Positions 9,882 to 21,091 of a DNA stretch of 46,393 nucleotides are shown piece by piece (position 1 is the first letter of the stretch; each line of letters opens with the position of its first letter). The DNA lies in NCBI GenBank assembly GCA_903925705.1, contig CAIYGJ010000035.1, positions 1-46,393 on the forward strand, read 5' to 3'. The notes below the pieces were generated by a model. That model was given only the letters and a program-made list of their open reading frames with translations. It did not search any database and was not told the DNA's origin. The position numbers were made by a program, and so were the translations under genes. Source of the stretch: an uncultured Actinomycetes bacterium (GTDB lineage: Bacteria; Actinomycetota; Actinomycetes; S36-B12; UBA5976).

Positions 9882-10952
9882 CTAGTGCACGTGAAAATCG
9901 AAGGCTTGAGCCATTGCAGCGTCAATCGCCTTGAGCGCTAATTCGACTCGGGTTTCAACCGATCCATCCAGCGCCATCCAGGATCTGCCACTACTAATCA
10001 GATCGTCTTCAAACTCTCGAGTCATTGAAATCCTCAGTTCTTCAGAGTCACGAATCTTGTCTTGGACGAATGGAACACCGTCAGGTTGGGTAACAAAATA
10101 GATGCGGTTTTGAGAGTCAACCGGCATTGAAAGGGCCGCTTTCTCGCCTAAGTATCGCCGTTCCCAAATGATTGTGGCGAAGACATCGGTATCGCAACAT
10201 ACAACAGGTCCACCTGTGCGGGCTGCTACATCTTCAAGCTGCTGCTGCACAATCGCGATTTCCACGAAGTCATTAGTTGTCCAAGGGACTGCGTACTCGG
10301 TTAAGCCCATAGCTTCGGCTTGTTCTTTCTTACGCATAGTTAGATCGCGTCCGTATTCCCGGATCCAGTTAGTTGTTGCAAAATTTCCATCACGTTTCAT
10401 CAACTCAGCCTGTACTGCCAGAGTTGTTGTTGTAGTTCCGGTTGATTCAGCGCCAATGAATACGGCACGAATCGCAAGCAGTTCTCGCGAACCTGGACCA
10501 AGTAAGTGCCAGTTGCTAACTAAGTCATCACGAATCTGAGTTGATGACACTGGTACCTGGGTGCGGTCTGGATCAAAACTGTGGTGATGTAGGCCAAGAA
10601 GCTTGGCAAACTCGTCGCCATTGGTTTCTGAAGTAACCAGCAAATCAACAGGTGGCGTATGGCGTAAATGGGCTTCAATTACTCGTGCATTAGATTTTGC
10701 AATTGCACTGTCACCTGGGTTGTATGGGGTTGATTCATAGCCGTGCACAATTGTCATTGCTGCTTCCTGGACGCCCTCGGCAACACAGTCCTGAAGAAGC
10801 GCCCGAGCGCGATCATTTGCGGCTAATCGATCATGCGGGGCGGCTAACACAACTACAACTACATGATTACGTTTTTCAATTGCCGCTTTAATGAGCTTCA
10901 CATGACCCATGTGAGGCGGATTAAAAGTTCCAGTTACTAATGCGGCCGGCAT
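9882..10952 (-). CDS. NadR-like bifunctional protein: NMN adenylyltransferase domain plus ribosylnicotinamide-kinase-like P-loop domain
   Basis: GTFNPPHMGH (HxGH) and VSSTQIRDD (ISSTxxR) in the N-terminal half. P-loop-like GAESTGTTT in the C-terminal half. Start placed at ATG 10952 (TAGGCT-6-ATG) rather than the track TTG at 10958. Confidence 0.75.
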   Translation of the reverse strand: MPAALVTGTFNPPHMGHVKLIKAAIEKRNHVVVVVLAAPHDRLAANDRARALLQDCVAEGVQEAAMTIVHGYESTPYNPGDSAIAKSNARVIEAHLRHTPPVDLLVTSETNGDEFAKLLGLHHHSFDPDRTQVPVSSTQIRDDLVSNWHLLGPGSRELLAIRAVFIGAESTGTTTTTLAVQAELMKRDGNFATTNWIREYGRDLTMRKKEQAEAMGLTEYAVPWTTNDFVEIAIVQQQLEDVAARTGGPVVCCDTDVFATIIWERRYLGEKAALSMPVDSQNRIYFVTQPDGVPFVQDKIRDSEELRISMTREFEDDLISSGRSWMALDGSVETRVELALKAIDAAMAQAFDFHVH

Positions 10953-10958
10953 CTTCAA

Positions 10959-10964
10959 AGCCTA
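10959..10964 (-). promoter_or_regulatory. candidate -10 box TAGGCT, 6 nt upstream of ATG 10952 (leaderless candidate)
   Basis: Minus strand reads TAGGCTttgaagATG. Confidence 0.45.
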
Positions 10965-11018
10965 TCTGGATATATGGTCACTAGAAAATGTCCCCAATTT
11001 GCGAAGCAAGTATTGAAC

Positions 11019-11987
11019 TTACGGAACTAGTAAGAGTTTTCCGGTAGTTTTTCGCGCTGCTAAATCTGTGTGCGCTTCGCTTGCATCCCGTAAGGCGTAA
11101 GTCTTGCCAATTGCAAAGTTCAGTTTTCCAGCAAGGTGCTCGGCAAAGATTTCATCTGCCCGCCATTGCATTTCGCCAGGATTGACAATGTAATCCGCCA
11201 GAGTCGGACGAGTAACAAACAAGGATCCCATTCGGCTTAAGGCTTGCAGATCAAATGGCGCAACCATGCCACTGGCACCACCAAATAGCGCCATCATGCC
11301 CCGACGCTTAAGTGAAGCCAGGCTTCCTTCAAAAGTTGCAAGTCCAACGCCATCGTAAACAACGTCTACACCGACTCCATTGGTAAGTTCTTTGGCCCTA
11401 ATTGATACATCATCTGAGTCGTACCTGATGACGTGACTTGCGCCCGCCTTAGTCGCGATTTCTGCTTTTTCGGAAGTTGATGCGGTACCAATTACGGTTG
11501 CGCCGCGATTGGAAATCATTTGGCAAAGTAGTTGTCCGACACCACCAGCAGCGGCGTGAACTAAAGCAGTATCCCCTGGCTTAACTTCATACAGCGAGGC
11601 AATTAAATAGTGCGCGGTCATGCCTTGCAACATTGCGGCGCACGCAACATCAAGTGATACGCCTTCAGGAACCTTTACAACAGATGTTGCATTAACTGCA
11701 TGGATCTGTGAGTAACTTCCCAGAGATGAAGGCCAAGCGACCTTGTCTCCTACTGAAAAACCTTGGACTGCCGAACCAACTTCGGTGACAACACCGCTGC
11801 CTTCAAGCCCTGGAACATACGGACTTGGCATTGGGTAAATGCCTTGGCGTTGGTAAATGTCGATGAAGTTCACGCCACTAAAAGCGAGTTCAACTAAAAG
11901 TTGATCTGGTCCACAAACTGGAACAGGTAGATCAGCTACCTTTAGGACTTCTGGTCCGCCGGGCTGATCTACCTGTATCGCAAGCAT
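11019..11987 (-). CDS. NADPH:quinone oxidoreductase (zeta-crystallin/MDR family)
   Basis: 322 aa. GVNFIDIY, PGLEGSGVV and AAAGGVGQLL motifs. Sits 4 nt after the ilvC stop. Confidence 0.85.
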   Translation of the reverse strand: MLAIQVDQPGGPEVLKVADLPVPVCGPDQLLVELAFSGVNFIDIYQRQGIYPMPSPYVPGLEGSGVVTEVGSAVQGFSVGDKVAWPSSLGSYSQIHAVNATSVVKVPEGVSLDVACAAMLQGMTAHYLIASLYEVKPGDTALVHAAAGGVGQLLCQMISNRGATVIGTASTSEKAEIATKAGASHVIRYDSDDVSIRAKELTNGVGVDVVYDGVGLATFEGSLASLKRRGMMALFGGASGMVAPFDLQALSRMGSLFVTRPTLADYIVNPGEMQWRADEIFAEHLAGKLNFAIGKTYALRDASEAHTDLAARKTTGKLLLVP

Positions 11988-11991
11988 TTGT

Positions 11992-13029
<1,038 letters not shown>

Positions 13030-13080
13030 CTATTTCGCTAGTTTGGTAAGTCTGTCAGATTCTTTGGATTGTGTGAATTT

Positions 13081-13605
13081 CTAGATTGATCGTTCAGAAT
13101 TCTTGTTGGAACGGTCAGCAATTGAACGGCCGCCGCGGGCAAGCGCCACAACGCCTGACTGCACAATTTCTTTGATTCCATGCGGGGCTAGGACATTTAG
13201 GAATGCCTCTAGTTTGTCGATGGAACCGGTGGCCTCGATTGTTACTGCGTCTCCGCTGACATCAACAACTTTGGCCCGGAAAAGCTCAACGAGTTCCAGA
13301 ACTTTGGTACGGGAATGATCGTCGGCTTTAACTTTGATGAGCATCAGCTCTCTCGCAATAGCGGTGTTGTCATCGAGTTCAACAATCTTGAGAACATTGA
13401 TCAACTTGTTTAACTGCTTTGTTACTTGTTCAAGGGCGTGCTGGTCAACATTGACAACAACTGTCATGCGTGAAACACCTTCGGTTTCGGTTGTGCCTAC
13501 TGCCAAAGATTCAATGTTGTATCCGCGACGAGAAAACAGTGCGGAAATTCGCGCAAGCACACCTGGTTGATCCTGTACCAAAATGGAAAGAGTATGACGT
13601 GCCAT
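13081..13605 (-). CDS. ilvN: acetolactate synthase small (regulatory) subunit
   Basis: 174 aa. ACT-domain N-terminus HTLSILVQDQPGVLARISALFSRRGYNIESL. Sits 2 nt after the ilvB stop. Confidence 0.93.
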   Translation of the reverse strand: MARHTLSILVQDQPGVLARISALFSRRGYNIESLAVGTTETEGVSRMTVVVNVDQHALEQVTKQLNKLINVLKIVELDDNTAIARELMLIKVKADDHSRTKVLELVELFRAKVVDVSGDAVTIEATGSIDKLEAFLNVLAPHGIKEIVQSGVVALARGGRSIADRSNKNSERSI

Positions 13606-13607
13606 GT

Positions 13608-15353
13608 CTAGTCATCCCCTCTTTCCCATTGCGGAGCCAGATCGCGAGCAAATTGAATTTCATCGTTTCCAGTGCCGGCAGCAACCATTGGCCAAACCAT
13701 TGCATCGCGATGAACTTGGAAATCAATCACAACTGGTGCGTCGTTGATTTCCATTGACTTTTCGATTGCCTTGTCGACTTCTTCCGCTGTTGTAACACGA
13801 AGTCCATGGCAACCGTAAGCATCCGCCAGCTTCACAAAGTCTGGAACGGAATGTGAATGTAAATCTGTGTTGCTATAGCGCTCGTTGTAGAACAAGTTCT
13901 GCCATTGACGAACCATGCCAAGTGAAGCGTTGTTGATAAGTGCAACCTTGATAGGAATATCGTTAATTGTGCAGGTTGCTAATTCCTGATTTGTCATCTG
14001 GAAACAGCCATCGCCGTCAATTGCCCACACTGTTTTATCCGGCGCACCAACTTTGGCACCCATGGCAGCTGGAATTGAGTAACCCATAGTTCCTAAGCCA
14101 CCACTATTCAACCAAGTGTTTGGATTTTCATACCCGATGAATTGAGCAGCCCACATCTGGTGCTGACCAACACCGGCCGCATAGATCGCTTCCGGTCCAG
14201 CAATTTTGCCAAGGCGTTCAATAACATATTGCGGCGAAAGCGTTCCATCAGTTGGCTGGTCATAGCCAAGCGGATAAGTTTCGCGCCAGTGGTTCAGAGT
14301 GATCCACCAGGCTGTTAAGTCTGCGCGATTCCCAGCATCAAATTCTGCGGTGACTGCAGGAATAAGTTGTGCGATCGCTTCGCGCACGTCAGAAACAATT
14401 GGAATATCTGCATAGCGATTCTTTCCAATTTCAGCAGGATCAATGTCGATGTGAATGACTTTAGATTTTGGTGAGAAAGATTCAAGCTTTCCAGTAACGC
14501 GATCATCAAATCGTGCACCAAGAACAATCAGTAAGTCAGCCTTCTGCAATGCGCCAACTGCTCCAACAGTTCCATGCATACCTGGCATACCCATGTGTTG
14601 TGGATGTGAATCCGGGAATGCGCCACGTGCCATCAAAGTTGTAACGACTGGAATTCCTGTTAGTTCTGCCAGCTGTCGTAGTTCCTTATTGGCCTGGGAG
14701 CGAATAACGCCACCACCAACATAAAAGACTGGGCGGTGCGCATCAACAATCATGCGTGCTGCTTCTTTAATCTGTCGACCATGTGGCTTTGTAGTTGGTT
14801 TATATCCAGGCAAATCAATATGTGATGGCCAAACAAATTCAGCACTTGCTTGCAGCGCATCTTTAGTGATGTCTACAAGTACTGGGCCGGGACGACCTGT
14901 GCTTGCCAAGTGAAATGCTTCTTTGATCGCTCGCGGAATATCTTCGGCGCGAGTTACTAAGTAATTATGTTTCGTGATTGGCATAGTAATTCCGCGAATG
15001 TCAGCTTCCTGGAAAGCATCGGAACCGATGAATGCACTTGGCACCTGTCCGGTAATTGCAACCATAGGAACAGAGTCCATGTGAGCATCGGCAATCGGTG
15101 TCACAAGGTTGGTGGCACCCGGTCCACTTGTTGCCATACAAACGCCTACGCGATTACTTGCTGCGGCATAGCCTTCTGCTGCGTGGCCAGCACCTTGTTC
15201 ATGGCGCACCAAAATGTGTCGAACTGAAGGGGAATCCATCAGTGGGTCATAGACCGGAAGAATTGCACCGCCTGGAATACCGAAAACAACTTCGACATCA
15301 GCGTGTTCCAGAGATTTAACTAGGCTCTCGGCGCCTGTAATGTTCTGCGACAT
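13608..15353 (-). CDS. ilvB: acetolactate synthase large subunit
   Basis: 581 aa ThDP enzyme. Motifs [12 protein letters not shown] and [16 protein letters not shown] ... [17 protein letters not shown] upstream. Confidence 0.96.
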   Translation of the reverse strand: MSQNITGAESLVKSLEHADVEVVFGIPGGAILPVYDPLMDSPSVRHILVRHEQGAGHAAEGYAAASNRVGVCMATSGPGATNLVTPIADAHMDSVPMVAITGQVPSAFIGSDAFQEADIRGITMPITKHNYLVTRAEDIPRAIKEAFHLASTGRPGPVLVDITKDALQASAEFVWPSHIDLPGYKPTTKPHGRQIKEAARMIVDAHRPVFYVGGGVIRSQANKELRQLAELTGIPVVTTLMARGAFPDSHPQHMGMPGMHGTVGAVGALQKADLLIVLGARFDDRVTGKLESFSPKSKVIHIDIDPAEIGKNRYADIPIVSDVREAIAQLIPAVTAEFDAGNRADLTAWWITLNHWRETYPLGYDQPTDGTLSPQYVIERLGKIAGPEAIYAAGVGQHQMWAAQFIGYENPNTWLNSGGLGTMGYSIPAAMGAKVGAPDKTVWAIDGDGCFQMTNQELATCTINDIPIKVALINNASLGMVRQWQNLFYNERYSNTDLHSHSVPDFVKLADAYGCHGLRVTTAEEVDKAIEKSMEINDAPVVIDFQVHRDAMVWPMVAAGTGNDEIQFARDLAPQWERGDD

Positions 15354-15700
15354 GTCGTCACTCCTTGATCTACCGAAGGATCGCTTCGATTAAAGTTCAT
15401 CGTTGGCTGGTCTTAGGTGACATCCCTTCTGCGCCAAAGGCTTGTAACAGAAGTTGCGCCCGATTCGCTTGTAGCTCCTCGATTGCATCACCACCACCGA
15501 TGAAGGTGTTGATAGTTCACCAACCTTAACGTGGGAAAGTCACTCCCGTCACATCCGGTGAGACGGCTGTCCACATTTTGAGATACCTTTCCAGCCCAAA
15601 TCGGGCATCCCCGTCGGGCGCTGATGATTTGTGGGCAATACCTTTGAATCAGGAGATTGCCAGTTCTTGACTGGAAATCGTTGGTCGGAAGGCACTGGCA

Positions 15701-18385
15701 ATGACTAAGTACGTTTACGATTTTTCCGAAGGTGACAAAGACCAAAAGGACCTACTTGGCGGCAAAGGCGCAAACCTCGCCGAAATGACCAAGCTCGGCC
15801 TACCAGTGCCCCCAGGCTTCACTATTTCTACCGAAGCATGTCGTGAGTACTTAGTTTCAGGGGCTGAGCCGGCAGCGCTGCGGGTTGAAGTGACTATGGC
15901 CCTTCGCCGCTTGGAAGATGCACTTGGCAAGAGACTTGGCGATATCAACGATCCACTTCTAGTTAGCGTTCGATCGGGCGCGAAGTTTTCTATGCCAGGC
16001 ATGATGGAAACCGTTTTAAATGTCGGGCTTAATGACTTTTCAGTTAACGGACTTATAAAGGCAAGTAATAATGAAAGATTTGCCTGGGATTCCTACCGCC
16101 GCTTGATTCAAATGTTTGGCAAAACAGTTTTAGATATCGAAGGCGAAATTTTTGCAGATGCCTTGCAGGCAGCAAATGAAAAAGCTGGGGTTGCGACCGA
16201 AGTGGATTTAACTGCGGCCCAGCTCAAGGAAGTTGTCGAAGCATTCAAAGCAATAATACGGGAACACAGTGGGCGAGATTTTCCGCAGGACCCACGAGAG
16301 CAACTTGATCTTGCGACCCGCGCAGTTTTTAATTCCTGGAACACTTCTCGCGCACGCTTGTATCGTCGACGCGAAAGAATTGCTGATGATTTAGGTACTG
16401 CGGTAAACATTTGTTCAATGGTGTTCGGAAACCTCGGGGAAACTTCTGGAACAGGTGTTGCCTTCACTCGGGATCCAGCTTCTGGAAAACCTGGAGCGTA
16501 TGGTGACTACCTTCCAAATGCTCAAGGTGAAGATGTTGTAGCTGGAATCCGGAACACTTTTAGCCTTGATGAACTAAACCGCACCGATCCAACTTCATTC
16601 AATGAGCTAATGAAAATTATGCGAAAGCTTGAAACTCACTATCGAGATCTTTGCGATATTGAATTCACTGTCGAAAAAGGCAAGCTTTGGATGCTCCAGA
16701 CACGTGTTGGTAAACGAACGGCTGCGGCTGCGTTTCGAATTGCAACTCAACTTGTTGATGAAAGTCTGATCACGATGGATGAGGCATTAATTCGAGTGAA
16801 TGGGGCACAGCTAGCTCAACTAATGTTCCCGCAGTTTGATTCAGCCTCAACCACCAAAATTGTCGCCTCCGGAATGGCTGCCTCACCTGGAGCCGCCGTT
16901 GGTAAGGCCGTGTTTGATTCAGCAACAGCGGTTAAGTGGGCAGAACTTGGTGAGCGCGTTGTACTCGTGCGGCGCGAAACAAATCCAGATGATTTGGAAG
17001 GCATGATCGCCGCAACTGGAATTCTTACTGCCCGTGGCGGCAAAACATCACATGCCGCTGTTGTGGCACGAGGTATGGGCAAAACTTGTGTCTGCGGCGC
17101 GGATGCTATCGATGTATCGCATGCAGATCGCACTGCCACAATTGGCGACCTTGTCATAAACGAAGGCGACATGATTTCAATTGATGGCTCTAATGGAAAC
17201 GTTTACCTTGGCGAGTTAGCGGTTGTGCCATCACCGGTATCAAATTACCTAGAAAATGGGCTAGCTGACGCCATCGCAACTGAAGGCGAAGAAATCGCAG
17301 CCCTAGTTACTGCAGTGGATCGCATCCTGAATCATGCAGATTCCGTAAGACGCTTGAAAGTGCGAACGAACGCCGATACCGCAGAAGATTCAAAGTGGGC
17401 TCGAAATCTTGGAGCTGAAGGCATTGGTCTTTGTCGCACTGAGCACATGTTCCTTGGCGATCGTCGAGTCTTGATTGAGCGCGTTATCTTGGCAGATTCC
17501 CCTGCTGAACGAAATGCGGCGCTCGATGCACTTCTGCCGATGCAGCAAAAAGATTTTGAAGAGATATTTGAGGCAATGGATTCATTACCAGTAACTGTTC
17601 GCCTGCTTGATCCCCCACTTCATGAATTCCTACCTGATCGCACCGACTTGATGGTTGAGGTTGCCCTTGGAAAAGAGCGTAATGAAGATGTCTCACGGCA
17701 AGAACTTTTGCTTAGTGCGGTAGATCGGTTACATGAATCCAATCCAATGCTTGGATTACGTGGTGTGCGACTTGGGCTAGTGGTGCCTGGACTATTCCCA
17801 ATGCAGGTACGTGCCATCGCGCAGGCTGCGATAACGCGATTGCGTGCGGGTGGTAATCCAAAAGTAGAAATCATGATTCCGCTCGTTGGATCCGTAATGG
17901 AGCTACATCTGATCAGGGACGAAATGGATGTTTTACTTGCTGAAATTGCTCAAGAGGAAAATATAAAATTGCCATTCTCGATTGGCACAATGATTGAACT
18001 ACCAAGAGCAGCCTTGACTGCGCAGCGAATTGCTGAAGCTGCTGAGTTCTTCTCGTTTGGCACCAACGATCTAACGCAAACTACCTGGGGCTTTAGTCGC
18101 GACGACGTTGAAGCATCATTCTTTGCAACTTACTTAGATCGAGGAATCTTCACGGTCTCACCATTTGAATCCCTTGATGTTGATGGCGTTGGTGCTTTAA
18201 TCAAAATTGCAGTTGAGAAGGGCCGAGCAACTCGTCCAGATATCAAGCTTGGCGTTTGTGGCGAGCATGGTGGCGATCCTGAGTCAATCAAGTTCTTCCA
18301 TGAAGTTGGACTTGATTATGTTTCGTGCTCGCCGTTTCGAGTTCCAGTTGCCCGCCTTGAAGCAGGTCGAGTCAGCGTTTCTTAA
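15701..18385 (+). CDS. ppdK: pyruvate, phosphate dikinase
   Basis: 894 aa. Phosphohistidine loop GGKTSHAAVVARGMG and C-terminal PEP-utilising TIM barrel (GICRTEHMF, FFSFGTNDLTQ). GGAAGG SD upstream. Confidence 0.95.
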   Translation: MTKYVYDFSEGDKDQKDLLGGKGANLAEMTKLGLPVPPGFTISTEACREYLVSGAEPAALRVEVTMALRRLEDALGKRLGDINDPLLVSVRSGAKFSMPGMMETVLNVGLNDFSVNGLIKASNNERFAWDSYRRLIQMFGKTVLDIEGEIFADALQAANEKAGVATEVDLTAAQLKEVVEAFKAIIREHSGRDFPQDPREQLDLATRAVFNSWNTSRARLYRRRERIADDLGTAVNICSMVFGNLGETSGTGVAFTRDPASGKPGAYGDYLPNAQGEDVVAGIRNTFSLDELNRTDPTSFNELMKIMRKLETHYRDLCDIEFTVEKGKLWMLQTRVGKRTAAAAFRIATQLVDESLITMDEALIRVNGAQLAQLMFPQFDSASTTKIVASGMAASPGAAVGKAVFDSATAVKWAELGERVVLVRRETNPDDLEGMIAATGILTARGGKTSHAAVVARGMGKTCVCGADAIDVSHADRTATIGDLVINEGDMISIDGSNGNVYLGELAVVPSPVSNYLENGLADAIATEGEEIAALVTAVDRILNHADSVRRLKVRTNADTAEDSKWARNLGAEGIGLCRTEHMFLGDRRVLIERVILADSPAERNAALDALLPMQQKDFEEIFEAMDSLPVTVRLLDPPLHEFLPDRTDLMVEVALGKERNEDVSRQELLLSAVDRLHESNPMLGLRGVRLGLVVPGLFPMQVRAIAQAAITRLRAGGNPKVEIMIPLVGSVMELHLIRDEMDVLLAEIAQEENIKLPFSIGTMIELPRAALTAQRIAEAAEFFSFGTNDLTQTTWGFSRDDVEASFFATYLDRGIFTVSPFESLDVDGVGALIKIAVEKGRATRPDIKLGVCGEHGGDPESIKFFHEVGLDYVSCSPFRVPVARLEAGRVSVS

Positions 18386-18408
18386 ACTTCTATAGTCTAA
18401 GTTTCTGC

Positions 18409-20097
18409 TTAATCGCAGACTGCGCCGTTACTTGCAGAACCAACTAACTTTGCGTACTTCGCCAGAACACCACGGTCGTACTTGTGCGCAACTGGCTTAA
18501 AGTGCTTGCGGCGCTCAACTAGAACTGACTCTTCTACAAGTAGGTCCAGAGTGCGTTCGCTGATGTTGATTCGAACTTTGTCACCGTGTTCTACAAATGC
18601 AATCGGTCCACCATCAACTGCTTCAGGTGCAACGTGTCCAATGCAGAGACCAGTTGTTCCACCGCTGAATCGACCGTCAGTAATCAGCATGACTTCTTTA
18701 CCTAGTCCAGCGCCCTTGATTGCGCCAGTAATCATTAACATTTCGCGCATACCTGGACCACCCTTGGGTCCTTCGTATCTGATGATGACTACGTCACCAG
18801 CTTGGATGTCGCCACTTTCAAGTGCGTCCATTGCCGCGCGCTCGCGCTCATAAACCTTTGCTGGGCCTTCAAAGACGTCAACTGGGATTCCTGCGGTTTT
18901 GCACACAGCGCCCTGCGGTGCAAGCGAACCGCCCAAAATCGAGATTCCACCAGTGCCACCCATTGGGTTTGTCATTGCATGAACTATGTCGCCATCAGGA
19001 TCTGGTGAATCTAAATCTGCCAAATTTTCTGCCATTGTCTTTCCAGTCACAGTTAGGCAATCGCCGTTCATTAGACCTGCATCAAGCAGCGCGCGCATTA
19101 CAACTGGTACGCCACCAACTCGATCCACATCGCTCATCACGTAACGACCAAACGGCTTTACATCTGCCAGTAATGGGACTTTGGAACCAATTCGATGGAA
19201 GTCCTCAAGGTGTAATTCCACTTTTGCCTCATGCGCAATTGCAAGCAAATGAAGAACTGCATTTGTTGAACCACCAAATGCCATAACAATCGCAATGGCA
19301 TTCTCTAGGGATTGCTTAGTGATGATGTCGCGGGTAGTAATTCCTTGTGCAATTAGATTTACAACGGCTTCGCCAGATGCAATTGCAAAACCATCACGGC
19401 GGCGATCAACTGCTGGAGGCGCAGCTGATCCTGGTAAAGACATTCCCATGGCTTCTGCAGCAGACGCCATCGTGTTTGCGGTGTACATACCGCCGCAAGC
19501 GCCTTCGCCTGGGCAAATAGCGCGCTCAATTCGATCAACGTCTTCTTCGCTCATAAGGCCTCGAGCACACGCGCCAACCGCTTCGAAGGCATCAATGATT
19601 GTCACGTCGCGATTGCTGCCATCAGAAAGTGTTACATTGCCCGGCAGGATTGAACCCGCGTAAACGAAAACACTTGCCACATCAAGGCGAGCTGCGGCCA
19701 TCAACATACCGGGCAACGACTTATCACAACCAGCAAAATTGACCATGCCGTCAAGACGTTCTGCTTGCATTACGGCTTCAACCGAGTCGGCAATAATTTC
19801 GCGGCTTACTAACGAGAAGTGCATACCTTCGTGACCCATGGAGATGCCATCAGAAACTGAGATAGTTCCAAACTGCATGGGAAAGCCGCCAGCTTTGAAA
19901 ACGCCTTCTTTGGAGGCCTTAGCTAGGCGCTCAAGGGAAAGATTGCAAGGTGTAATTTCGTTCCAAGACGAGGCGATACCGATCTGGGGCTTAACCCAAT
20001 CAGCATCACCCATTCCCACAGCGCGGAGCATTCCACGCGCTGGGGCACGTTCAATACCGTCGGTTACTTGTCCACTGCGAGGCTTCATGTTTGGCAT
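18409..20097 (-). CDS. ilvD: dihydroxy-acid dehydratase
   Basis: 562 aa IlvD/Edd family ([27 protein letters not shown]). Confidence 0.95.
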   Translation of the reverse strand: MPNMKPRSGQVTDGIERAPARGMLRAVGMGDADWVKPQIGIASSWNEITPCNLSLERLAKASKEGVFKAGGFPMQFGTISVSDGISMGHEGMHFSLVSREIIADSVEAVMQAERLDGMVNFAGCDKSLPGMLMAAARLDVASVFVYAGSILPGNVTLSDGSNRDVTIIDAFEAVGACARGLMSEEDVDRIERAICPGEGACGGMYTANTMASAAEAMGMSLPGSAAPPAVDRRRDGFAIASGEAVVNLIAQGITTRDIITKQSLENAIAIVMAFGGSTNAVLHLLAIAHEAKVELHLEDFHRIGSKVPLLADVKPFGRYVMSDVDRVGGVPVVMRALLDAGLMNGDCLTVTGKTMAENLADLDSPDPDGDIVHAMTNPMGGTGGISILGGSLAPQGAVCKTAGIPVDVFEGPAKVYERERAAMDALESGDIQAGDVVIIRYEGPKGGPGMREMLMITGAIKGAGLGKEVMLITDGRFSGGTTGLCIGHVAPEAVDGGPIAFVEHGDKVRINISERTLDLLVEESVLVERRKHFKPVAHKYDRGVLAKYAKLVGSASNGAVCD

Positions 20098-20103
20098 GCA
20101 ATA

Positions 20104-20109
20104 AATCTA
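20104..20109 (-). promoter_or_regulatory. candidate -10 box TAGATT, 6 nt upstream of ilvD ATG (leaderless candidate)
   Basis: Minus strand reads TAGATTtattgcATG. Confidence 0.45.
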
Positions 20110-20115
20110 ACTCAA

Positions 20116-21027
20116 TTATTCAGTTATTACGCACTCGAGCGGCTTGCCAGCCAACCAAAGGTCGAACTGACTGTGGATTCGGGTACGTGCCCGATCCCAA
20201 AACACATCTCCCTCTCCCCCGTTATGAGAGGTGATAATCACATTAGGTAGTGACCAAAGTGGGTGATCGGCTGGAAGTGGTTCTGGTTCGGTTACATCTA
20301 ATGCGGCACTGATGCGGCCAGTTTTGAGTTCTGCCACCAGCGCTTGGGTATCAACAACTACGCCTCGCGCAACATTTACTAAAACTGAATCGTCCTTCAT
20401 GCTGGCTAGGAATTTCGCATCCACCATATTTACGGTTCCTGCATTATTGGGAACAATCAACATCACAACATCAGCTGATGGAATCAGGCTTGGTAGATCA
20501 GTAAAGGCATGAACATGATCGCGAGCAGTTCTGGCAACTGGAATTACTTTGCATCCGAAACCAAGTAATCGTTTTTCGGCAGCCTTACCAACATTTCCAT
20601 ATCCAATTAACAAAACTGTTTTGTCCGCAAGTGAGCGTGCAAAATATGTTTCCCAATGATGGTCTTGTTGCGCTTTGAAGGACCTTGGCATATTTCGCAG
20701 TGCGCTCAATGTTAGTAGCACTGCGAGTTCAGAAGTTGCATCATCGTGCACGCCGGCAGCATTGCAAAGGGTGACACCAGTTGGCATGAAAGGCTGAACG
20801 TTATCAAAACCAGCAGTTAAAGTCTGGATCACTTTTACATTCGTCAAGCGCGCGATTGCCTCTTCGATCGTTAGCGAGGAACCTTCATACGGAAGCACCA
20901 CAAAATCAGCACCTGCCAAAGTGTCTTTTGATAGCTCGCCAAGATCGTCGGATTCAGTGACTTGGACATCCGCTGGGAATTCATAACCCGCGACTACCCA
21001 GTCCGGAGCAATAATGTGACGACTCAT
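20116..21027 (-). CDS. D-isomer-specific 2-hydroxyacid dehydrogenase, NAD-binding
   Basis: Track ORF 20116..21198 trimmed to ATG 21027 (MSRHIIAPDW...). GYGNVGKAAEKRL Rossmann motif, NVARG, and His in ITSHNGG. The longer track form would overlap the divergent amidase start. Confidence 0.8.
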   Translation of the reverse strand: MSRHIIAPDWVVAGYEFPADVQVTESDDLGELSKDTLAGADFVVLPYEGSSLTIEEAIARLTNVKVIQTLTAGFDNVQPFMPTGVTLCNAAGVHDDATSELAVLLTLSALRNMPRSFKAQQDHHWETYFARSLADKTVLLIGYGNVGKAAEKRLLGFGCKVIPVARTARDHVHAFTDLPSLIPSADVVMLIVPNNAGTVNMVDAKFLASMKDDSVLVNVARGVVVDTQALVAELKTGRISAALDVTEPEPLPADHPLWSLPNVIITSHNGGEGDVFWDRARTRIHSQFDLWLAGKPLECVITE

Positions 21028-21037
21028 AAGACCATTC

Positions 21038-21057
21038 TGGCAATCTGGTATTTGCCA
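21038..21057. promoter_or_regulatory. inverted repeat TGGCAA-N8-TTGCCA in a divergent promoter region (operator candidate)
   Basis: Perfect 6-bp arms at 21038-21043 and 21052-21057, between the dehydrogenase (start 21027) and the amidase (start 21092). Confidence 0.3.
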
Positions 21058-21091
21058 AGAACATCCGGTGGGCATGTGCCACCATAGGTGA

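Noticed and set aside
15354-15700. Classical ilvB leader-peptide attenuator. Candidate elements were a GTG GTG GTG ATG run (15486-15497, minus strand), a short ORF ending in two Trp codons (VNYQHLHRWW), and a 16-codon ORF MWTAVSPDVTGVTFPR.
   Set aside because: The Val-codon run has no in-frame start upstream and continues into a 32-codon ORF poor in Ile/Val/Leu. None of the short ORFs is followed by a hairpin plus U-tract. The Trp-Trp ORF starts only 2 nt after the only TANNNT box. No attenuator model holds together.
18377-18412. A possible tail duplication at the ppdK/ilvD junction: gtttct-taa at the ppdK stop and gtttctgcttaa at the ilvD stop.
   Set aside because: Only the hexamer gtttct plus taa are shared, an indel is required, and the flanking sequence is unrelated.
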